Shown: positions 56,681 to 64,000 of the stretch, one piece after another | How the letters are laid out: each line of letters opens with the position of its first letter | Numbering within the stretch: position 1 is the first letter of the stretch | NCBI GenBank assembly: GCA_965277285.1 | Contig: OZ255721.1 | Coordinates: 2,176,001 to 2,240,000 of the forward strand | Source: Abditibacteriaceae bacterium | Lineage (GTDB): Bacteria > Armatimonadota > Abditibacteriia > Abditibacteriales > Abditibacteriaceae | Length of the DNA: 64,000 nucleotides | Direction: 5' to 3' | Made by a program: the position numbers and the translations under genes | Notes under the pieces: model-generated | The model's database searches: none | What the model was told of the DNA's origin: nothing | Seen by the model: the letters and a program-made list of their open reading frames with translations, nothing else

Positions 56681-58666
56681 TTATTGTGCGCGCTCAAGGC
56701 TGAACTGCTGCCAGGGATAACTATTGTCGGGATATTGCTGGAGTTTGGTGTTGTTGGCCGTTGAACCGCCAGGAATGTTCCAGCTCATGCCGTCATGCCC
56801 AAAGTAGAACTTGAACTTGCCGTTGGTCAAGGGAGTGATGCGAATCTTCTGATCGCCGACGTTGTTGGGATTGTAGTCCCACAAATGCGTGTTGTAGCCC
56901 GGTGCGGTCGAGCCATTTTGGACACAAAGCACACGGTTTGTCGCATTGAGGTTGAACAAGCCATAAAAACCATCGCCTTCGCTGACAAACTGCCACTGGA
57001 ACCAAGGATTGTTCTCCTGAGTATATTGGACGACGGTGCTGCGGATAGTGGTGCTGTGGAGAAGAGGGTTGCTGTTACTTCTGCCTTCACTTTGAACGCA
57101 GATGTACTTGCCGCTATCAGCGCGCACGAAGTAGTTGCCCCACGGCTGCAAACGCCATTTCTGCGCGGTGCTGGTGTTGGGTGTCCATTGTGTGACTTCT
57201 CCATTATCTGCTGTGCTGTTCAGGTTGTCGAGCGAGAGGCCACTGCGGACATTGCGAAGGTTGTACCAACCGTTACCGGCATCGACAAGATCCCATTGCT
57301 GAGAGGGATTGTTGCCGGTGTAATCCCACTGATACATTTGGGCGCCGGTACTTGTCGAATCCTGGCTGGGGCACAAGGCTTTCCCACTGACCCAGGAGAC
57401 AATCATAAAGTGGTCGCCGTTTTCTGTCGGCAATAAAGCCCAGCGCTGTTCCGCGCTGTTGTAATCGTAGCTCCATTGATTGGTAGAGGCGCCATTGGAT
57501 GTATTGCCGCCGATCAAATCGAGTACTTTGCCACTGCTCTGGTTGACCAGCATGAAATAGGGCTTGGGTGCTGTGTTGCTCGCAGGAACCACTTGAAGCG
57601 CCACCACAGAGTTGATGCAATCCCAGGAGTGCATCACGCCGGTCGGCGTTTGCTGCTGCCACTGGCACCAGGAGAGGTTATCGGAAGTTCGACGGACATT
57701 CCAGGCAGTGTCGGCATTGGCTTGCAGCCATCCCAGATATGTGCTTTGAAGGCTGCGATCCTTCATAAACTTGGAAATCCATCTTAATCCAATGGAGTTC
57801 AGACCGGAGTTGTTGTCGCCTCCTGAGCCGTACTGGGGCATGATCCGGTATCCCGTTGTGGTGTAATCTCCCATGCAGTCCATGGTATAGTCCGCCGCTT
57901 TTTTTGCGTTGGTCGTATCGCCAAGGTAGTTGGCCAGGCCAACAAATGTGCCCTGATTGTAGGTGCTAGCCCAGGTTCCAACGGAGCCGGAAGTACTCAC
58001 TGCATCCAGTACGGCACCGGTGGACGTGTTGTACAAATGCGTTTTTTCCCAGCTGAACAAGTTCTGGGCTTTGGTCAAATAGCTGGAGTCGCCAAGCGCC
58101 TGATAAAGGAGATAGGCGGCGATACCCGCCGGGCATTCGATGCAGGAATTGTAGCTATTGTTGTCAGTTGTCCAATACAAAGCACCCTGAGCAGGATCCC
58201 AGGCGCGGGCAAACATCATGTCGAAGTTGTTCTTGGCGATGGTGCGGAACGTGGTGTTTCCAGTGGCTTGATAAGCGCGAGTGTATGCGATGGTCGCCCA
58301 CGAAATATCGTCGTTATACATGTTGTTCGACCAATCGGTTCCGTGGGCGTTGTTGAACCCGTTCAGCAGAGCGGTAACCTGGCTGTTATAGGCGCCTCCC
58401 GTCCGATTGTTGGCGTCCTCGATCCCTTCGATTTCTTCGATCTCCTGCCAAAATCCGGGGTCACCGCCATTCTGGTCGCCCTGGATGAAAGCCGCTGAGC
58501 CATTGGGAAGCGAAAAGGCGTTGAGATAAGCGTTGACCGCCGTGTCCGAGTCGGCGCTGGTGAAGGCGCAAGCCCGCTCCGAGGCGCCTCCACTGAGGAG
58601 CAATACTCCCATCAGCGTTAAAATCATCCACGATCTTGGGACTTTCTGCACAATGTGACGAAACAT
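56681..58666 (-). CDS. Secreted GH76 (alpha-1,6-mannanase-like) with two ricin-B lectin domains
   Basis: Signal peptide, YNDDISW catalytic DD, TYNQGTF; repeated QxW ricin motifs. Confidence 0.9.
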   Translation of the reverse strand: MFRHIVQKVPRSWMILTLMGVLLLSGGASERACAFTSADSDTAVNAYLNAFSLPNGSAAFIQGDQNGGDPGFWQEIEEIEGIEDANNRTGGAYNSQVTALLNGFNNAHGTDWSNNMYNDDISWATIAYTRAYQATGNTTFRTIAKNNFDMMFARAWDPAQGALYWTTDNNSYNSCIECPAGIAAYLLYQALGDSSYLTKAQNLFSWEKTHLYNTSTGAVLDAVSTSGSVGTWASTYNQGTFVGLANYLGDTTNAKKAADYTMDCMGDYTTTGYRIMPQYGSGGDNNSGLNSIGLRWISKFMKDRSLQSTYLGWLQANADTAWNVRRTSDNLSWCQWQQQTPTGVMHSWDCINSVVALQVVPASNTAPKPYFMLVNQSSGKVLDLIGGNTSNGASTNQWSYDYNSAEQRWALLPTENGDHFMIVSWVSGKALCPSQDSTSTGAQMYQWDYTGNNPSQQWDLVDAGNGWYNLRNVRSGLSLDNLNSTADNGEVTQWTPNTSTAQKWRLQPWGNYFVRADSGKYICVQSEGRSNSNPLLHSTTIRSTVVQYTQENNPWFQWQFVSEGDGFYGLFNLNATNRVLCVQNGSTAPGYNTHLWDYNPNNVGDQKIRITPLTNGKFKFYFGHDGMSWNIPGGSTANNTKLQQYPDNSYPWQQFSLERAQ

Positions 58667-59074
58667 ATTGTCTCCTGTGTCCGCTTTGCCTACCGCGGTC
58701 TAACCACTTGAACTACGAACTTGAGCACCTGTGTAAATACACGAGCGCTTAGCAACCGAAGTCATTTTCAGTTTTTCAAACGAGTGATTCGTCGCGCTGC
58801 CTGTTCACTTTTCACTATAGAAAGAGGGGTCACAATATTATACCCGCGCAAAAACAATCTCACACATTGCTGGAGCGGCGATGGAAGATAGTCGTTCTGC
58901 CGTTTGCCATTTTATTACAGAAAGAGAGCGTTGAAGTCGACAGGGTTCATGGGTGAGAAAGCACAATAGCGAGTACTCGATTGGGGTACTCGCTGTTCCG
59001 TTTGCGATGGGGTGCTCGACCAATTGATGGGCGAACAACTGAGCCACTCAAAAGCTCGAGTTCTAAGCTTGATC

Positions 59075-59849
59075 TTACTGCCAGCTATGGCCCAATCCAG
59101 CAACTTGCGGATCGGGATTGATAAAGGTGCGGAAGGGAATGACGGATTCGATCTGTGTCGGGGTAGGATGAGGGAAATCGGGGATAACCGGACTACTTTT
59201 AACGTGGCCATCCGCAAAGAGGAAATTGTCACGGTTGGTGTGACGCGGCGTGCTATGGTCGGAGTTAGCAATCCGGTAAGTCTGGCAATAAAGTGAATAA
59301 TCCTCGTTCAAGCCGTTGCCCGTGCTTGTGTTGCTGGGCAGCTTTTTAGCATTGTTACCGCTGTTGTTGCCATCAGTCGCTAGAAGCAGCGTTGCAGACG
59401 ACACAATTTGCGCCGAATTCAGTAAGTTCACATAGCTGTTGACGAGGTAACTCGAAGCATTAGTCGAGATGTCGTCGGGACAACGATAAATGTCTGTGCT
59501 CTTCAAGAAAGGCAGGACGGCATAAGGCCAATATTGAACTTTCCCTGCACTGATCTGGTTCGATTGACCGCTATAATACCGAAGGGTACGTTTCGTCGTA
59601 TTCCTGTGTATATTGCATCAGCGCAATGCCGATTTGCTTCAGATTGCTGGAGCAACTGGATTTGCGAGCAGCTTCGCGCGCTTTGGCAAAAGCCGAGAAT
59701 AGGATTGCAGCTAGAATCGCAATGATAGCGATGACCACGAGCAGCTCGATCAGGGTAAAGCCTTTCTGCGTGCGGCATAGATTCAACTTCTTTCTCCTTA
59801 TAAAACGTCTCAGCGTTATAGGGGAGTCAGGGTGCATTGTTATTGTCAA
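59075..59849 (-). pseudogene. Prepilin N-methylation / DUF1559 H-X9-DG protein, frameshifted near 59580
   Basis: [22 protein letters not shown]...C.SNLKQ...YDETYP, then in another frame WPYAVLPFLKSTDIYRCPDD...HTNRDNFLFADGHVK. Confidence 0.88.
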
Positions 59850-60033
59850 CAGGGAGGAAATCGCACCAAGAGTCGTTTCAAGGACGCGATCAAAGGTCGC
59901 TCATTAAACGTCGCTCATTAAACGTTCGAGCTTCGCATGATTCGACAACCCTTCGATAATCGCCACAACGTGCCTCACGCAAGGTCTGGTGAAGGAATTT
60001 GATAAAATCCCAAGCTTTCAGGTTGATTCGTTG

Positions 60034-60930
60034 TTAGGGTGCGGTGGGCAGTTTTTCCAAACCGATTCTGACTGCCGCAAAGCTTCCGGCCTGGACTTGT
60101 ACCGTTGCAGGAAAAGCACGCCAGGCGTATCCCTTCGATTCGGGGCGCACCAGATCGCTACCCGGGGAAGCAAAGCCTTTGAAGAGCAGCTTGTAAGTGC
60201 CGGGTGGCAGCACAAGACGAAAGAATCCCGAGTCGTTCGTCATCTGAATGAGTCCGACTTCCTTGCCTGCTCCATTGACCACCAAGTAAATCGGCATCGA
60301 GAACGCGTAGCCTTTGTCTTTATTAGGTTCAGCACGATTGGGGAGAGAAAAATCGATAGTGCCACTCAAGCCGGTATTAGCCGAATAACCTGCCGGGGTT
60401 TTCCAATCGGTTGCAGCAGTCATGCCGCGCACCAGCATCAGCACGACCCAACCCGCTCTGGATGCCGCCGAATCGGGTGCCTCGTCATAAATTCTGATGG
60501 TTTTCCATTGGCCGCCGCGCTCCAGACTTATATTCAGGCTGCCGCCAAGGTCGTCCAGTGCAGTCGGCGCTTTCAGATCAAGCAACCGTGACGACTTGAT
60601 GTAATCGGCCAGCTTTGCAAAGTCGCTCCAATCGAAGGTACCCGAAGTGCTGGGAATTTGGGTATCTCCCGCATCCATGCTGTCGCGCACGCTCAAACTC
60701 ACTCGGTGCGAAACAGTGCCATTGGGCCGCAACGTCCATGATTCCTCGGCACCGCCGCTGCGTCCTCCCTGATCACCGCCATCAATATCCACCTGAATTT
60801 CCGAGATAGCGACGGGCTTGTTAGCCAATGGCTTGACGAATTGTCGCCGATTCTTTTGGGGCGCGCCCTGAGCCGCTATGCTCATCACTGCCACTAAACA
60901 CACAACCCACACTGCTATGCCCCGCTTCAT
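60034..60930 (-). CDS. Secreted hypothetical protein with C-terminal carboxypeptidase-regulatory-like beta sandwich
   Basis: AGGAG RBS, signal peptide, TNDSGFF...LPPGTY. Confidence 0.7.
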   Translation of the reverse strand: MKRGIAVWVVCLVAVMSIAAQGAPQKNRRQFVKPLANKPVAISEIQVDIDGGDQGGRSGGAEESWTLRPNGTVSHRVSLSVRDSMDAGDTQIPSTSGTFDWSDFAKLADYIKSSRLLDLKAPTALDDLGGSLNISLERGGQWKTIRIYDEAPDSAASRAGWVVLMLVRGMTAATDWKTPAGYSANTGLSGTIDFSLPNRAEPNKDKGYAFSMPIYLVVNGAGKEVGLIQMTNDSGFFRLVLPPGTYKLLFKGFASPGSDLVRPESKGYAWRAFPATVQVQAGSFAAVRIGLEKLPTAP

Positions 60931-61326
60931 CTTCGTTCTCCTTTGGTTTGTCTCTCAGCGTAACTCCAAGGGCGTAGCGCCAAAAGCGTAACGCCGAAAG
61001 CGTAACGCCGAAAGCGTAACATCAAGCCTGTTTAGCGGAATTTTTGCTCGACAACTCACGTTGCATCGGCTTCATCAGGCACTCTTCTTCACGTTCATTC
61101 GCTTGGCGTGTTTTGTGATACCGCCCAGACCTCGCGCACGAATTTGACAAAAGTCGCGATGGTGTCTTCCGGTTCGCGGTCACTAGCGATGACTGGCACG
61201 TTCAGGAGTTCTCTTCATCAGAACAATCCTTCGTGATGAAGAGGCAGCAAATTAGACAGGCACGCTAATTTTCAAAGCCAAACCCGCATCATTGGTTTTT
61301 AGCGTATGGTTTTTAGCGCGATTTTC

Positions 61327-61425
61327 TCATTTCTTAAAATAGCTCGGTCGGTCGAGATCGGCAATCAGGCCAGGCTGCGTCGGCTGCCATCCCAATTGTT
61401 GCTGAGTTAGAGTACTCGATGCTGT
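61327..61425 (-). pseudogene. Orphan C-terminus of an atypical SDR/epimerase
   Basis: ASSTLTQQQLGWQPTQPGLIADLDRPSYFKK*, paralogous to the C-terminus of the 61512-62446 gene. Confidence 0.7.
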
Positions 61426-61434
61426 GTCGGCGTT

Positions 61435-61551
61435 TTATAGATGGATTCCGCCCGCCACTTCGATGCGCTGCCCGTTGACCCCGTGCATTGCGTCTGACAA
61501 AAGCGAAGCCACTACGCCGCTGACGTCGCCTGGTAGCCCAACAAGGGCATG
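61435..61551 (-). pseudogene. Orphan C-terminus of a classical SDR
   Basis: VGLPGDVSGVVASLLSDAMHGVNGQRIEVAGGIHL*. Confidence 0.7.
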
Positions 61552-62446
61552 GACTCAGGACAAAAAAATCCGTTACGCCTCATGTCTTCCAGCAACTCGA
61601 TCTGCGTCGGGTTCCAGCCGAACTTCTTGCGGTTAAGAGCGCTCGAAGTTGGGTTGTCAAGGCCGACGAAACTCGCCATCCAACCGAAGTGCGCGCCCGC
61701 TTCCTCCTGACTCAGGCTGCGAACCGGAACGCCCAACCCTTCGCCGATGGTTTGCGCAATCGCGTGCATCGGCACGCCCTCTTCGGCGACGGCGTGCAAG
61801 CGCGTGCCCGGCTCGGCGTTCTCAACGGCCAATCGAAACAGGCGCGCCGCGTCCAAGCGGTGAACGGCGGGCCAGCGATTGTCGCCCTCGCCCAGGTAAG
61901 CCGCCACGCCCGTGCGCCGCGCGATTTCGATGAACATCGGCACGAAGCCCTGCTCGCCCGCGCCGTGAACTATGGCGGCAAGCGCACCGCGCTCGAACGC
62001 ACGCCGCGCGTGGCTGCGATCACCCTCTCTTCCATGAGAGAGCGCCCGGTGGCGGGCACAGAAACGTCCTGTTCGGTGATGATGGTGTGTCCGCGCGCCG
62101 CCTGCGCCGTTCCCGACGCGATGACGAGCGGTTTGCTCGTGCCTTCGAGCGCGCTCGCCAACGCCTCGACCGCTTGCCCGTCAACCTCGGAAGCCTCGGC
62201 GAGCGACACGTTGGCGAAGTCGTGAATGAAGGCGGTGTGGATCACGCCATCCGATGCTGCAGCGCCACTTCGCAGACTATCGAGATCTTCGAGCGAACCG
62301 CGATGCACTTCGGCACCAGCGGTGGCCAGTGAATTGGCGCTCTTATCCGAACGGGCGAGGCCCAGCACTTGATGCCCCGCGCCGAGAAGTTCTTGAACAA
62401 TGGCGGATCCGATAAATCCGGTTGCGCCGGTAACAAAAATACGCAT
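61512..62446 (-). pseudogene. Atypical SDR / NAD-dependent epimerase, frameshifted near 61972
   Basis: MRIFVTGATGFIGS...VRLPP, then VHGAGEQGFVPMFIEIAR...WPAVHRLDAARLF in another frame. Confidence 0.88.
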
Positions 62447-62460
62447 AATAAAGTTTCCTT

Positions 62461-62816
62461 TATCGTAGATGGCGGCGCTGGGTGTTGGCTTGCGCTTGTC
62501 GAAGACGCGCAAGACCATACGTAAGTCTTCCACCATCGCTTCAAAGCAGCCCGCTTTGAGCCAGCGCTGGGTTTGTTGATACACCACGTCCCAACGCGGA
62601 AAGTCGTTAGGCAAGTAGCGCCAGGGAGAGCCGCTTCTAACCATCCACCGCAAAGCATCAAACACTTGGCGCAACTCGTGCTGGCGCTGCGGTGCGGTGC
62701 GTCTTCTTTCATCAAGGTCAGATAAGGTGCCACAAACGCCCACTCTTCATCGCTCACGTCGCTTGGATAACTCTTACGGGACATACACCAAGTTTACAAA
62801 AGTGCATAACACGCTC
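62461..62816 (-). mobile_element. Truncated IS5-family remnant (left end and transposase N-terminus)
   Basis: End GAGCGTGTTATGCAC preceded by TA; MSRKSYPSDVSDEEWAFVAPYL; a 5-bp duplication near 62695 shifts the frame; homology stops at PSAAIYD. Confidence 0.88.
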
Positions 62817-62855
62817 TAGAACATAATCGATCTTCTCGTCACTGAATTTTGTCTT

Positions 62856-62933
62856 CTTGATCTTCTTCCTATAAAGTAGTCCATTCAAGATGTTAGTATT
62901 TTGAATGGACTACTTTATAGGAAGAAGATCAAG
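62856..62933. repeat. Perfect 33-bp inverted repeat with 12-nt spacer
   Basis: CTTGATCTTCTTCCTATAAAGTAGTCCATTCAA-N12-TTGAATGGACTACTTTATAGGAAGAAGATCAAG. Confidence 0.9.
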
Positions 62934-62948
62934 TTTGTATAGCTGAAA

Positions 62949-64000
62949 CTAACTTCCCGTATCAATGCCAACGAAGGAGCCGGTGTTGGTCGGCGCATCG
63001 AAGAACGTTGAAGGATCACCATCCAAAGCTTTAGTGAAATCGTTACCAAAGTTGCTGTAGGAACCTGGTGTGCCAAAGCCGGTTCCCGTCAAGCGCGTGG
63101 AACCATTGTAGAACTCGAGTTCTGCGACAACCGTGTAGGTGCCATTGGGTGACAAGTAGCGCAAGTAGCGATACATCGTCGTGCCAAGAGCAATGGTGGA
63201 GTACTGGTTTTCGGCAGGAGTCGAGTTAATGGTAGCCAGCGTAGTGTAGTTGGTGCCATCGTTGCTGCCCTGGAACTGGCCGCCAACCATCGTGCTTGCG
63301 ACATCCGCACGAGGATAGTAACGCGCACTTAAGGCAACAGTGCCAGGTGTGGGACCCGTATCAATGCCAACGAAGGAACCGGTGCCGGTCGGCGCATCGA
63401 AGAAGGTGGAAGGATCGCCATCCAAAGCTTTCTCGAAGCCGTTGCCAAAGTTGTTGTAGGAACCTGGTGTGCCGAACCCTGTTCCTGTCAGGCGCGTTGT
63501 TCCGTTGTAGAACTCCAACTCAGCGACAACGGTGTAAGTGCCGTTGGGCGACAAGTAGCGCAAGTAGCGATACATCGTTGAACCTAAGCTGATCGTCGAG
63601 TACTGGTTTTCGGCAGGAGTCGAAGTAATGGTAGCCAGCGTAGTGTAGTTGGTGCCATCGTTGCTGCCCTGGAACTGGCCGCCAACCATCGTGCTTGCGA
63701 CATCCGCACGAGGATAGTAACGCGCACTTAAGGCAACAGTGCCAGGTGTGGGACCCGTATCAATGCCAACGAAGGAACCGGTGCCGGTCGGCGCATCGAA
63801 GAAGGTGGAAGGATCGCCATCCAAAGCTTTCTCGAAGCCGTTGCCAAAGTTGTTGTAGGAACCTGGTGTGCCAAAGCCGGTTCCCGTCAAGCGTGTTGAA
63901 CCGTTATAGAACTCGAGTTCCGCAACAACGGTGTAGGTGCCATTAGGTGACAAGTAGCGCAAGTAGCGATACATCGTTGAACCCAGGTCAATCGTTGAGT
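62949..64000 (-). CDS. C-terminus of a protein with tandem 133-aa discoidin/F5-8-like (CBM32-like) repeats; start outside window
   Basis: 399-bp period; RYYPR, FQGSND, YRYLRY, VAELEFY, ALDGD.STF motifs. Confidence 0.8.
   Translation of the reverse strand, partial: STIDLGSTMYRYLRYLSPNGTYTVVAELEFYNGSTRLTGTGFGTPGSYNNFGNGFEKALDGDPSTFFDAPTGTGSFVGIDTGPTPGTVALSARYYPRADVASTMVGGQFQGSNDGTNYTTLATITSTPAENQYSTISLGSTMYRYLRYLSPNGTYTVVAELEFYNGTTRLTGTGFGTPGSYNNFGNGFEKALDGDPSTFFDAPTGTGSFVGIDTGPTPGTVALSARYYPRADVASTMVGGQFQGSNDGTNYTTLATINSTPAENQYSTIALGTTMYRYLRYLSPNGTYTVVAELEFYNGSTRLTGTGFGTPGSYSNFGNDFTKALDGDPSTFFDAPTNTGSFVGIDTGS

Larger units (their letters stand above)
158..58979. repeat. Highly iterated dispersed palindrome TCGAGTACTCGA (core CGAGTACTCG)
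   Basis: Copies at about 158,1100,2232,3038,3889,4196,5869,6856,7167,9072,11334,13590,15790,16891,18383,21141,22296,24635,25314,26461,27054,28600,30108,31332,31509,32269,33059,35111,35440,36279,37100,38072,39365,40426,41866,42506,44422,45421,46379,47488,48356,50963,52146,53374,55912,56616,58970, plus many 1-2 mismatch variants. Confidence 0.97.

Noticed and set aside
158..58979. The palindrome as a cloning linker or adapter artefact
   Set aside because: Copies keep the reading frame and apparent alignment length inside conserved genes, show graded natural variants and favour intergenic gaps; raw reads would confirm
61970..62743. Transposase-SDR fusion protein
   Set aside because: Chance in-frame join of a truncated IS5 to an SDR that has its own RBS and ATG; both parts are broken
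48817..64000. Integrase-borne genomic island at tRNA-His
   Set aside because: No integrase, no duplicate of the tRNA 3' end seen in the window, and a core-like phosphoesterase gene follows

Overview
A 64-kb bacterial chromosome segment (code 11, moderately high GC). Gene content, such as an H-X9-DG/DUF1559 prepilin, a Cys-rich two-CW membrane protein and glycan hydrolases, suggests Armatimonadota/Abditibacteriota, but this is inference only. About 1-52 kb is mostly core genome: comM-yraN, hflX, tRNA-Lys, four glycosyltransferases plus an NDP-sugar synthase and an LCP protein, dnaE, a pat-like acyl-CoA ligase/GNAT, scpAB, lysA, serC, two pilT paralogues and tRNA-His. About 52-64 kb is accessory and decaying: a diguanylate cyclase flanked and interrupted by tandem repeats, an intact IS5, an IS5 remnant, GH76-ricin, frameshifted prepilin and SDR genes, and a discoidin-repeat protein. 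The dominant unexplained signal is a highly iterated palindrome, TCGAGTACTCGA (often ATCGAGTACTCGAT). By hand count there are about 40 perfect 12-mers and about 47 CGAGTACTCG 10-mers. They occur once in most intergenic gaps and in-frame inside many core genes (SSTR / RVL[DE] / xEYS), resembling cyanobacterial HIP1 or a DNA-uptake/nucleoid-binding sequence but with a different sequence. All counts and family calls were made by eye, without database searches.
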